DNA of 64,000 nucleotides from Setoptus koraiensis (Eukaryota; Animalia; Arthropoda), in contig CM106586.1 of assembly GCA_048013815.1 (NCBI GenBank), positions 24,304,001 to 24,368,000 of the forward strand, in the 5' to 3' direction. How positions within the stretch are numbered: the first letter of the stretch is position 1; every line of letters begins with the position of its first letter. Below, piece after piece: positions 12,771 to 24,837 of the stretch. Made by a program: the position numbers and the translations under genes. Below the pieces are notes generated by a model. The model saw nothing but the letters and a program-made list of their open reading frames with translations. It did no database searches and was not told the DNA's origin.

Positions 12771-13482
12771 ATGAGTGAAGGTAAGAGTGGTTGTATAACT
12801 TACCAGTAAACTAGCAAGTCAGCCAGCAACACAAGGCGGCGTGCATTAATGATCTTCTATGTAACTTTGGCTGAAGGAAGTAGATTGCAGTACTTGCCTT
12901 TGAGCCAAAACTGCCTTGGCGGACTTCTATCATCCTCGATCTTCACTTTCTCTACTCATCGTCGTTTCCCTCTACTTACTACCGCCTTTTCAATTATTCA
13001 CTTTCATAACTAGGTCATCTGGTCAGTTGTGGTCAGCAAGGTAAGCATAAGAGCGTAAAGAAGACTAGCATTGTATCGTCATTATCATTATGATCGCATC
13101 TAAAGCTTAGTAAACATCTTCTCGGACACTGGACAAAACAACAAGTGGTTTAACGGAAAAGAGAAAGCCAATCTTCAGTTGACTCATATGGTCTATGTCC
13201 ACAAGCAACACTAGTTCTTCTTTTTTGTTTCTTTTCAAGCTTGTTGGTAACAGACAGACAGACAGTTTTCTTGACGCTAACTCGTATACTCTATATACAA
13301 GTGTAAGACTGGATAGTTTATGTATAAAGATTTATGGGAAGATACCCGATGAGCTTCCTTTTGTGCGTGACAACCCATTGGCCAGGTGCCGATGTAATTG
13401 AAGCAAACCACGGATGAACAGTTATTATGATAGTCATCGTTCGCCGCGAGAGGATCATACATGTAATTCTTTTTTCGAGCGA

Positions 13483-13527
<45 letters not shown>

Positions 13528-13888
13528 AATCGACTATTCTTCGCTCTAAATTAGCAACCCACGAGGCTATATTATATAACGGTGACGGTAGAACTTGAGC
13601 AGTCATCAGATGATTTAAGCTAAAGCCGATTTATGCGACAAATAGCCTCTAGAAGATACTCTAAAGGCAGGCCTAAAAAGGATTGATGTTTTGTCAGAAA
13701 GGAGGACCTTGGAACTTTTTCTCTCAGTTAGTACTATGATAACTACTATTATTATCATTACTAGTAAGATGGTTGAGAGATTTCTTTAAGATTTAAAGAG
13801 ACAACCTGTGGCTGCGAAAAAACGCTGATGATATTCCAAGATTAAGGCCAGTTGTTTCTGAGCAAGTGCCGTCTCATTTAATTTACAT

Positions 13889-13983
<95 letters not shown>

Positions 13984-14213
13984 CAGACAGACGGACAGAC
14001 AGAATGATCTTCGAGCATTGTTTCCCCACAACAACCACTAATCGTCATGAGAATAACCCTCAAATATTGGCAACTACTAAAAACCATAGTGTGTTCTTAA
14101 TGTGTTCTCCAGTTGTTAGGTCTATGTAAAAGTATGCAAGTAATAACAAGAAAATATTGGAGCAACAATCGAATAAGTTCCACCTCGTACGATACCGAAC
14201 AACGGCATATGTC

Positions 14214-14244
<31 letters not shown>

Positions 14245-14506
14245 TCAGCAACCTTTGAGTTTGGCAGGCTATTACCAAGTAAGGTAACAACAATTGTCGG
14301 TCGTACTTTCTTTACTTGTCGAAAATGTGGCAGTGATGGCGAATCAGCAGGCAGGCCTCTCCGATAGTTCTCAAAGTTGAACTTTATTTTTTTTCTTTTC
14401 GGCAGCTCGCTCACAAGGAACAAACTTCATCACGTTGTCCGCTGAACTTTTTGAGAGAACAAGATTGAGAATGATTGAAGACTGGAATAAGACCAAAAGA
14501 AACTAG
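12771..14506 (+). other. Putative spliced transcript with micro-exons; possible 55-aa small ORF join(12771..12780,13014..13040,14249..14278,14406..14506)
   Basis: Donors AAG|GTAAGA (12781), AAG|GTAAGC (13041) and CAA|GTAAGG (14279). Pyrimidine-rich acceptors at 13013, 14248 and 14405. The 27- and 30-nt exons are symmetric phase 1 and open. No homology recognised. Confidence 0.35.
13892..13978. repeat. (GA)~43 microsatellite
   Basis: Directly visible. Confidence 0.97.
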
Positions 14507-15956
14507 TTCTAGTTCGTGCTCGCAAGTCCAGCTTCAAGCAACCACCAAGTTAGGCTAATCTTTGGAAGCACAGATCTAATTCTCTTCGAATCGCTTCTAA
14601 CTTCTGAATGTATTACCCCTCATTCTAGTTGAATTTCGAATGAGAAATCACCACCCATTCGTGTATAAATTGTGTGGGTATAGCGTTATTCAACTCTTTG
14701 GGTCATTACGATTTGTACTTGATCTCAGATGTTTCTGTAACCATGATATATTACAGCAATGTGATAGTCCGTGGACAAAGTCTAATGGGTGTGCAGTTAC
14801 ATTCTTTTCAGTAAGTTGAATCAAGAGAAAAGCAGATATGATCTGTACATGATCAATGAACTTACAGTATGTGATAACGAAATCACGTGTAAAATTTATT
14901 GTGTAACTATCACCAATATGTTATGTAATCAGATGAGGATTACTATAGTCTCCATGAGATCATCATTTGCAACATTGATCATCGTGGCCCTGGTTTACGC
15001 TAGTAGCCTTCATTAGCACTTGCATCATATTTCTTCAATGTCTTGATTTTGACTATTAGTTGATAGTTGAGCAGTTAGACATCATTAAGATAACTGAATA
15101 TTTCATCTAGGAGTGAAAGTTTGGCACATGTTTAACCGAATTAATTAATTCAAATTCTGTTTGAAAAGGACCCTCTGCTCGAAACAACACAATGGAGTGT
15201 CTTTGTATAATACAGCTTTTGGTTATTAATGATACTGCATAACATCGATCATAACTGCAATCAATGTTGTGCAGTATCAGACCACCAGTAACAAAGTCAA
15301 GCTTGTTACCTCGACTTTAACGCACACACTCTATGAAATTCGCTGATATAGGAAAACTGCAAATGAGCCTACAACATGAAAAAAAATGAACAATGACGAA
15401 AGCTTCCCCTTCTTCCATTCATCGTTCTACCAATAATTCGTAGAGTTGCTAGCTGTAGAAGGAAAAAATCCGGTTCACCTTGGATCAATCGCAAAACTAT
15501 TAGCCATTCTGGTTGTTCGGGTTTCGAGGAGGTCAAATAAATAGACGCCACGCACCCTGGTTGAACAAGTTGAGCGATAATTCCCAAAATAAATCATAAC
15601 AGTTATCAATTCTTCCTCCTTCCAGTGCGCGCTCACAAGAGAAGTGGACTTCAACAACGAGATAAATGGTTTTGAGCTCAACCTAATAATGATACACTAC
15701 TGATGAAAAGGTATAAATTATGCAGCAAGTATACTATCTTGTAACATAGCTAGAACTCTCAAATTCGATTCCTACGTATGAGGGTTCAATCTGAACATTA
15801 TTCCCGAAAAAGTCTCCAATAGTGCACAAATTTTACTTTGTTTAGTTGTTTAAATATCTCCATTGAAATCTGATTTATTAAAATATCAACAGGAATCAAG
15901 TTAGTTCAACGTAATGACGAGTACTGGTGCGAAAGTAACCAAAGGAGATCTCGAAT

Positions 15957-18900
15957 CTAAGTCAATCGTATCGGTTGTCGGTCCAATGTAGGACAGTTCC
16001 GCACTAGGTGCCCAGCTTGGCCACATTTGTGACATCCTCCTCTGTTCGGTGGTGATTTTTTATTATTGATGGAGCGAGCATCGAATATCTTCTTTCTTGG
16101 GGCTCTACCTGTCAAAACTAGACATAATTGCGCTAGAGCTCCAGGGAATACACTATTGGATGGAGTTCAAGTAGATAACAGAATCGATTAGAATCGCAAC
16201 ACTTTTAATGATGACAGTTGTGAGTGGGTTAATTAAATGATAAAGATATACTAACTTTAGTATGAAGCAGGCCATTCTATCGTCAACACGGCTACCTAAA
16301 TTCCATGTTAACTCGAACGGATCCTCTATTGCAATCTTGCAAGCATTCCATCTCTTCAAAGATCTCGGCATTGGTCTGAGAGTCCTTATAGTTATTGTAT
16401 CACGAAGGAAGTCGAAATTTGAATAGTAATCAAGGAAATCTAAGTAAAGTTTTGTGATAGTAGAATTGTTGCAGCCCCAGTTCCATACAGCCTTTAGGTT
16501 AGCAATATCGTCATAAAACCAAACATTCCATCCAGAGACTCCGAATATCGGCTTCTGGCCTTCGTAAAGCTCTTGCAGACAAGGTAAGACTGGTGGTGAC
16601 GTTCTTTGGAGGAAATGGATAACCAAGAGAGTCCAGGCATAAGATGATAGACTACCCTTTGGTGCTTCGCAAACTCCGCATGCCTGGTAGATAATACATA
16701 AATAAAATCAAAGAATTTTCATAATTAGGTCGAAACTCACAAGAGATGCCTTGATCTATCTGAATAACAATATACCAACCTTGACCATCGTTCTAACAAC
16801 GAAACACAATATGGCAACTCTATAGTCGATATCGCAATAACTTTTGATTAGTTTAGTGTTGTAACAAGCGCACTGATTGTACATACTAAGATCGACGTCG
16901 ATAATCATCTTCATCCTGTTATCGATGTATTGAAACTTAATGATTGGAACTTTAGCAGAAAGTACTGGCACAACTCCTTTTATGAAAGTAGATGATTCCA
17001 AACCAGGCACAATTTTTTTGAGTATCTTAACAAATTTTAAACCTTTACCGGTTGGGTTGTTGTTGATAGTCATGCAGATATCCAAATCGGATGTCCGTTG
17101 ACCTAAACCGTTTACAGCTGAGCCAAACAATTCCAATTTGCAGTCAAGTTTCGATGATTCTTGAATTATCGATGCAACTTGTTGCACTATCAGCTCATGG
17201 TAGCTGGCCAACTCAGAATTAATCCTAGAACTTTCCCAATTAGTGATAAACAATGCATCAAGACCCGGATCCGTTAAAGCATTAATTTGAGGATTGATTG
17301 GATATGCACTGGTTCTATCTAGTTTCGTACAGTTTTCGTTTATATGGTGATAGCCTCTACACCCAAGACAAAATAGTGGTACAGGTGTATAGCCTTTCAT
17401 ATTTTGTATATCTGAAAATCTGAATAACGCGTCCTTTGAATTGACTAATTTCTGAAAATTCTCTTTCAACGAGCATTGTGCAGCAGGCAGCAAATCGAAA
17501 TCTACCGAAATCTTTAAAGTTTTGACTAGTTCTCGAAGCCTAGTGTTGTAATTGCCGGCTGAGAGTTTTTCCTGACAAAGTTTGAGACCATTTTCATTTT
17601 TTATGAAGCACTGAGCATGGGTATCTTGAAAAATGGCACCTGGTTTCAGGTTTAGTTCCTTGTGCACTGGTGGAGTTGATAAGTATCTATAGGTTTCTTG
17701 AAGATTTTGGAAGAAATTATTGAATAACTTTTGGGTAGCAATGGCCCGAGATATATTCAGAGATGGTCTGGTAGGGTCCTCTATTGCAAGAAAACTGGAC
17801 TTCCACTTTTTCTTCTTTAATGTCAATGGCTCGAGTGTTCTTATAGAAAGCACATATTTCGTGTGCTCGAATTGTACCGACAAGTACTTGAATAATCCAA
17901 TCAGTAATTCAGCTTCACTTGCTTTATTCTGGGTTGACCAGGTGAATGAATTTAGAATCTCATCTGTTATCACATCGTCGCCTTCCTCTTCTTCCTCTTC
18001 CTCCTCTGAGAAAGAAAGATCATCCTCATCCTCTTCTCGTATGTCTATATAGTCCTCTTGCATGCCATCGTCGTGTCCAAGTAAATCTTCATCGTCATCA
18101 TCCGAATCATTGTAATTGGAAATGGATCTGAGTCTTTCTTTCGAAGTTCTACCATCCGAGTTTTCTACCTGATTGCCACTAGATTGAGAAGTCTTGGGAT
18201 TATCGTTCACTTTTTGGTCGTCAGGATTGTCCACTATTGAAAGACTTGTAAATTCTCTCTGAAGTGTGCTCTTTTCCTCAACAATCTTATGTATACAAGG
18301 TAGTATCGGAGGCTCTGTACGTTGAAGATAATGTATCACAATTAGTACATAGGCATAAGGAGGTAGGGAACCTGCATTTGGGTTATTGAAGTTTGTAATG
18401 AGTGCCCAGGACTTCATAAAGATGCTTAGCTTCTTAGCCCTGAAGTCTAGATCTAGGTACCATCTCAAAATTCTACTTAATTGACTAGAATCAATGTAAC
18501 TGCATATTTCTACAGTTATTTGACTTGTCAAATGCGATAGAACCAAACGAGGAACTTTAGAGTGTATTTGGGCCGGATTACTTAAAAGAGCATAATCTGG
18601 TTTTCCCTCTTGTTTAACATTTGAATAGTTGTACATTGTTATACCGAGGTCGTACAATTTTCTCATCGCATTTGGCACAAGGTCGTATTGTAAAACGTGA
18701 TGGTTGATTTGCTCACCAATACCAGCATCCGGGTTAATCAGCTTGGTATGCGAGGGAGGGTATGTGATACCCCTCGAACTGAAATGTCCTGGTGGTTCCT
18801 TCAAGTAAACTAGTTCCAAGTTTAGGTCCGATTTCCTTAACTCGGCCCCTGTGAAGGATGATCCAACAGGACGCAATACATAATCTGGCCCGGATGTTTC

Positions 18901-19506
18901 CAGAAGAATTTCTCTTAATTCTTTTAAAACATTTTCCTTTTTAGTCGTCAACGTAGTATTTGCTGCTCTTGTGACATAAACACTGTCTATGTAATTGTTC
19001 AATAAAAAATAGTGCTCCTCAACTACTGAGGGTAAGTTACTAAGAACGGAATAATGAATAAATTCTTTATACTTGTTAATGTGCTCTATGGTGGACACGT
19101 GATTCGATATTAAAGAGGAGTCTTTAACATTGCCTTTCTCTTCCTTTGTACAAGTCTCCAAGTTAAGATTACAAAGAACACAATAGGGTGGTTTGTTTTC
19201 ATTTGAGTTACAATAGATAAGGGAAAATGGTTTTATAGATTGATTTGTAAGGGGGTGAGTCTCCTTATCTGGAGATTCGTCTGCTTTGTCCAACTTAATT
19301 GACTCGGATGCATTGGTCTGTTCCTGTTTTGTTTTGCTCATAGATTTGTGGTTGGGTGATGTGACTGAATCTCGTTTAGTTTCAGAAAGTTTATCAGTAA
19401 CATTAGTAAGGCCAACCTTCTTCTTACTACTGTTCCGTATAACTTGCATCGCTCGAGCTCTATGTTTGCTACCGCCTCGTGAATTTGTCGGTACATTCGA
19501 GGCCAT
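15957..19506 (-). CDS. TUT7: Terminal uridylyltransferase TUT4/TUT7-like; complement(join(15957..16152,16256..16683,16780..19506)), 1116 aa
   Basis: N-terminal C2H2-like finger, a degenerate first NTase (VGSSFTG..SDLNLE) with PAP-associated AIEDP, an acidic linker and a CCHC knuckle (CLGCRGYHHINENC). Then an active NTase (FGSAVNG..SDLDIC, IDVDLS), GSLSSYAW, IAIEDPF and a final knuckle CHKCGQAGHLVRNC. Introns of 96 and 103 nt join in frame. Confidence 0.92.
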
Positions 19507-20622
19507 GTTTGAAAATGAATAAGCTACTGCTAATATAAGTCAGTGTAACTAAAGATTGTAGAGTGCTATGAATGTATGGCCAGTTATAAATCGTTTTGGT
19601 AATATTAATAATATAAAATCGGAAGTTGGTTATTGTTTCAGTATTAAAAATTGGATGAAGGATGTCAATTATACATTTTATCTAAATTTTGTTGTCCATC
19701 CGATGTCGAGTGGGATCATATGTCTCTTAACGCCCCCTGTGTGACTACAAGCCCCCAAGGTATACCCCCGTTCATTCATTATTGATTCATCTACTGAGTC
19801 CAAAGAATTGATACAGTCAACCAACTTTGAAAACTCTATCAAGATACTCCTGTAAACCTTCTACAGTTATAATAAACAGCAGAGAGTGGTCAACATCTTT
19901 GAAGAGAAGTTTGTGATCGCGGAAGATATTCAAAATTTTGTTGGAATCCTGAAGCATCCTGAAGTAACAACGCATAGCCTCCAACATTAATTAACGATAG
20001 AGCGCGCGATGTTCAAAGCAGAGAAAACTAAAAGTTTTCACATCTAGTTTTGTCTCTGTATGCGAATACTTATTGCGTGTTCCAATTTAGAACGCAATCA
20101 TCTTATTACCTGAGTACTGATCTCATGTCACGTCACAATCAGGTTGTTGGTTCAATTCAAAATATCGTGATAATTCTAACTTGACAAAATCGTTTTTATT
20201 TGTATAGGCGCAGTAAGTAATCTAACTAAACTTTTTGAGCAGGCAACGGGAAACTTTGCATGCTGATCAAGCTTTACTTACAAGTCGCAATGACATGTAA
20301 AGAATATAATAATTATCTATATGATACGGTAGCCATGGTTGCAAGTAAATAAAGTTGAAATAAACATGGAGGAAATGAAAGAACATCTAGCGTGTGGTAT
20401 TTATGCCGATATGCAAATAATTTGTTTGTGGACCATCTAGAAAAACTATTCTAGTTTGGCACTAGCAAACTTACTAAAGATCTCATTGAAAGAGTAATTT
20501 TATCTCAATGGTATATATAAGATATTAGTCTAGAGGAAAGATCGCTACAATTGTATTCAAAACTATTTAATCACTAATTAAAGACATTGATTCGGAAATA
20601 ATCCTACTAGAAGCATTCCTAA

Positions 20623-21376
20623 ATGGTGAGTACAATTACACGATTTTTATTAGTAAGAGATTTTCTACCTACACCAGGGCAATGATAAATGTCTCACAGA
20701 GTAGTTAAGCAAAGAATAGATCTAATCGAGCTGACTTCCATTTGAGAAAATCCACATTAGGCTGCTAATAAAGATTGGCGAATAGCAACATCGATCTATC
20801 AGTTCAGCGCGAAAGATCTGGACGACAACGAGGTTGATCTAAGTGTATACAGGTTAGTTATATAATACACTTTCACGCTAACTTTTACTCACTACTTTCA
20901 CTCCATAGAATCCTTACTATAATTGATAAACTGCAAAATTAAAATTTTATAATAACAGAGGAAAAGTTTTGCTGATAGTCAATGTGGCGTCGAATTGCTC
21001 ATTCACTAAACGAAACTATCAGGAATTGAACGAGCTGTACGACAAGTATCGAGACCAAGATTTTATGATCCTGGGATTCCCATGCAATCAATTTGGTGAA
21101 GAGCCGAAATGCGAGACCGATATTAAAGAGTTCATGAAGAAACACCACGTTGAATGGGATGCATTTGCTAAGATCAATGTCAACGGGGAAAATTCTCATC
21201 CACTTTACAAATACTTGAAAAACGCTATTGGGGGTACAATGGGAAATTTCATCAAGTGGAACTTCACCAAATACCTTATTAACAGACAGGGTATACCAGT
21301 GGCTAGGTATGCGCCTAGCAAAAATCCAATGAAATTTGAGGATGACATTAAGAATGAGCTCGCCAAATCAGCTTAA
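20623..21376 (+). CDS. PHGPx: Cys-type phospholipid-hydroperoxide glutathione peroxidase A; join(20623..20625,20761..20852,20959..21376), 170 aa
   Basis: SIYQFSAKDLD, GKVLLIVNVASNC, ILGFPCNQF and IKWNFTKYL motifs. ATG|GTGAGT first exon and in-frame GT-AG introns of 135 and 106 nt. AATAAA at 21522. Confidence 0.92.
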
Positions 21377-22844
21377 TTTTTCATAGTCGTCGATGCTCCG
21401 TGTTGCTAAAAAGGTTATACAATTGTGTGTATTAGCTATAATAACAACAAACCACAGTATATAGACAACTTTGATCGTGGTCAGATTTTTCTCTAAGTTA
21501 TATTTTAATGTGTATTCATTGAATAAAGGTTTCTGTCACAAACAACTGTAGAGAACAATCAAAAAGTTAAGCTTATTGGAAACTGTAATCTGCACGTAGT
21601 CATAGTTTCCAGGAATTCTTATGAAAAGATCTCGGAGGAACTCTGAACTTGCATGTCTCCCCACTTTTATAACCATGTTTAGCTGTTAGAGGCAACTTTC
21701 ATAGGTCGATTTTCATTGCGTGCTGTATTAACTTTGCAGGATACTCTTTTAAGGTTTAGCTGTACGCCAATAGACGTTAAATTCAATATTGTGACTATAT
21801 GTGCTGCAAATGAACGAGAGAGTGCGCTGTAGTTTCTAACATGCATTTAGGAATAATACATGATCCCCTTTTTGATAGATTATTCATAACATAATACATT
21901 GGAAACTGTTATATACTATCACGAGATTTTGAACGAGCCTCATTGTTAGCCTCAATTAATAATTCATATCCGATACATCTTGTCACATTTTCAATCGAAT
22001 AGCTATTAGATTTACTCGTATCTCTACACTACTTTTATGAGAGAATAAAATATCTGGAGCCAACTAGAACTATCAACAGATACCTCTCCACACGTGCCAA
22101 CTTCAAATGATAAATATGATATTAAGCTCGATTTTTAAGAGAACCGTAAGTAGAACGCTTCGTATTCATTATTCATGATCATAAATTATAAATGTGACCA
22201 AAATACATGATAGACTTTCCTCTATCCATGCTCGTGTGAATTTCAAATAATATAGCAACGGTTTGATCATCTATATGTTATGACATGTCGTAGGTAACTA
22301 ACAATAACAACAAACGGTCTTTCTACATAAGCTGTTCTTCATTTCTTTCCTCTCCTGTTGAGTCATCGAATGCTGAACGATTTTCCTGATTGATGAACAA
22401 TTGATTATCTTTAACAAACTACGATCAATACGAGAAAATCGTAATAATATATTGTAAAGTTTAACTACTACATATGTTTAATAACTGATACATTGGTACA
22501 TTTGCATGACCGCTCGTTTAAAACTGACAACCACTCACTGGGGGAGTACAAAGACAGAAACAAAATATTGCCATTACATCAACTGGACGCTCTTCTTTAG
22601 ATTGACGAAAACTAAACACAAAATTTTTCGCCAAAATACAAACTATACACGCATTTTTGTATTCAAACTAAAATACTGACGAGATTTTTATTTTGTCTCT
22701 ACTCCTGATATTCACCAACAATCGGATTCGTACCATCCTCTTATAACCACATTATCGTGCACGCATAATACCAAACTACAACAGCTTGCAACAGCTTTAG
22801 CGGCATCGAGTGCAACATCCACTTTCTACTCAACAACAACATCA

Positions 22845-24268
22845 ATGGTGAGTAATCGAAAACAAGAGCAACAACTAACATGTAAGGTGCCGACTTGTAA
22901 CCTCTACCTCGGTAGTTTTTGCGGTTGGAATTGTTGTTTTTGTTCATTGTTATGAAGATATTATCGGTAATCTGTCTTCATTTTTTTCATGTTTTTCTTC
23001 TCTTCAAGTCGTACTTAATAACTCTCACTAGTATGCTTCTTGTTTCTGAACGATACCTGTTAATCATATAAACAACTACGGCACGTTCTCTTTGTTTCTT
23101 TGGGTTGCAAGACTTATATCAATCTTCATTTAAACACCTATGTGTGAACATTCTAGAAAATATAATTTACTACAGTAACAATCCTGCCTTACGAACGTCC
23201 CTACAGAGAATTGTGTTTGCCAAATCAGATCCTATCCCACCAACAGCTGTCATGACAGAAATCAATTGAAAGTATTTTAGTGTTGACTGACACTTAAACA
23301 AAAACGCACTTACGTTAAGTAGTCACAACGAGCTATTATTTTGTGAAGTGAACATATATGAAAAGAAAGGCTACATTCCGAGTATAGTTTTTATTCTAAT
23401 TGTTATGAGTAACGTTCTTAGTGGGAAGGCAATATTTAAAATTTGTCTGTTTGTTTTATCTGTTTCAGTGATATTATCAATAATTTACAACGAACGTAAT
23501 AAGAACAACACATACTACCTAGATTACTATTCACAAATAAGGGGCCAATTTAAAACATCATCTTTTGGAATAATGAATTTCTTCAAATCATCTACGGTTG
23601 GTCATCATACATATCTTATAATGATTTCAGTTTAACTTATTTGTTAATTCGCTACAATTGTCAACTATTATGTCAAACTATACCATCAGCTCAACATGTC
23701 AACCCATACTAATATACGATTTCTTCATTTTTTTTAATCTCTCCATCTAATATATATCCAGCCTAAGGACGATTCGTGGTCGAAGGCCGAGACGGTCTAC
23801 GAGTTCAAAGTTAAGAACATAGACAATGAAGAAGTAAGTCTGGAAAAATACAAAGGAAAGGTTTTATTGATAGTCAATGTGGCTTCTAATTGTGGATTCA
23901 CCAAGAAAAACTATCAAGAGTTGAATGAGCTCTACTCGGAATACAAAGATCAAGGTCTTGCCATTCTAGGTTTCCCTTGTAATCAATTTGGAGGCCAAGA
24001 GCCTGGATGTGAGACCGATCTGAAGGAATTCATTAAAAAGAACAAAGTAGAATGGGACTTTTTCGCAAAAGTCGATGTCAATGGTGACAATAGTATACCT
24101 TTGTACAAGTGGCTTAAGAGCAAAGAGCACGGACTTTTAATCGATGCCATCAAATGGAATTTCACGAAATTCTTGATAAACAAGCAAGGTGTTCCAGTTG
24201 GTAGATTTGCTCCTAACAAGAGTCCCAAAGAATTCGAGAAAGAAATCAAGGCAGAACTACTCAAATAA
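22845..24268 (+). CDS. PHGPx: Cys-type glutathione peroxidase B; join(22845..22847,23762..24268), 169 aa; alternative first exon 23405..23596 would give 232 aa
   Basis: TVYEFKVKNID, GKVLLIVNVASNCG, PCNQFGGQEPG and IKWNFTKFL motifs. Phase-0 acceptor at 23761. ATG|GTGAGT at 22845 mirrors paralogue A. The catalytic exon is certain and first-exon choice is inferred. Confidence 0.88.
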
Positions 24269-24837
24269 GCATCGATATCATATAATGAGAATTGTGCATA
24301 AACAGACCGACTGAAAGGCTTCAAGTCTGTATTTGTATGTATTCCAATCATGTATAACATTTGCATATATAAAAATTTCACATAAATCTGAATGTATCTT
24401 TGGTGAACTCTTGAGATGACCTCCCATGTCGATAAATACAATTGATTCTCTTTATTCTTCTCATGTTGATTGGATTTTACAACTAGATATTATCTTCATT
24501 GGCATGTTACCCACGGCTGCATGAGGAGTTTTGTGCGTTAACTTGACCAGGATGTTGGAACAATGCCCTGCGAGAAGCTTACGCGTGTGCAGGTAGCTGG
24601 AGCAATCGAATTACAATACAGTAGCCATTGTTATGGTAGGTGCCGCACAACAATAAATATGATTCAACGACAGTAACAGGTTGAAATTGCCCTGAAATAC
24701 ATCGAAATTATATTAAAATCATCCTTTTCATTCTTGTAATTATAATCAATTTTTTATGCATAAAATGTGTTCTATACAATTTAGCACATAAATTTGACAA
24801 ATACTACCAGAAACAATAATTCAACAAGAAACAAAAA

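Noticed and set aside
7349-14367. Many short ORFs with poly-TH, CV, SL, ER or YI runs (also at 1567-1986 and 28945-30596)
   Set aside because: They are translations of dinucleotide microsatellites with no domain motifs.
12771-14420. MSEAR start (if micro-exons are skipped) resembling Drosophila sarcolamban
   Set aside because: The remainder is charged, with no transmembrane helix. The five-residue match is coincidental.
17720-18131. ORFs antisense to or in alternative frames of long genes (also 5266, 6705, 27202, 43560, 45450, 48199-50942, 56202-56930, 63506)
   Set aside because: Shadow ORFs of real coding sequences, with no independent evidence.
19745-19990. Coding-like plus-strand frame of about 80 codons interrupted by one TAA, in the TUT/GPx intergenic region
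   Set aside because: No start codon, splice sites or recognisable homology. It could be a decayed fragment but cannot be supported without a database search.
20456-20468. 13-nt match to miR-96 (TTTGGCACTAGCA)
   Set aside because: Only a 6-bp local hairpin is present, with no precursor-length 3' arm.
22741-22947. 68-aa minus-strand ORF with a hydrophobic stretch
   Set aside because: It overlaps the predicted first exon and intron of GPx-B on the opposite strand and shows no family motif.
20969-24268. Possible selenoprotein GPx (UGA/SECIS)
   Set aside because: The active-site codons are TGC and TGT (Cys) in both genes, so no in-frame UGA is needed.
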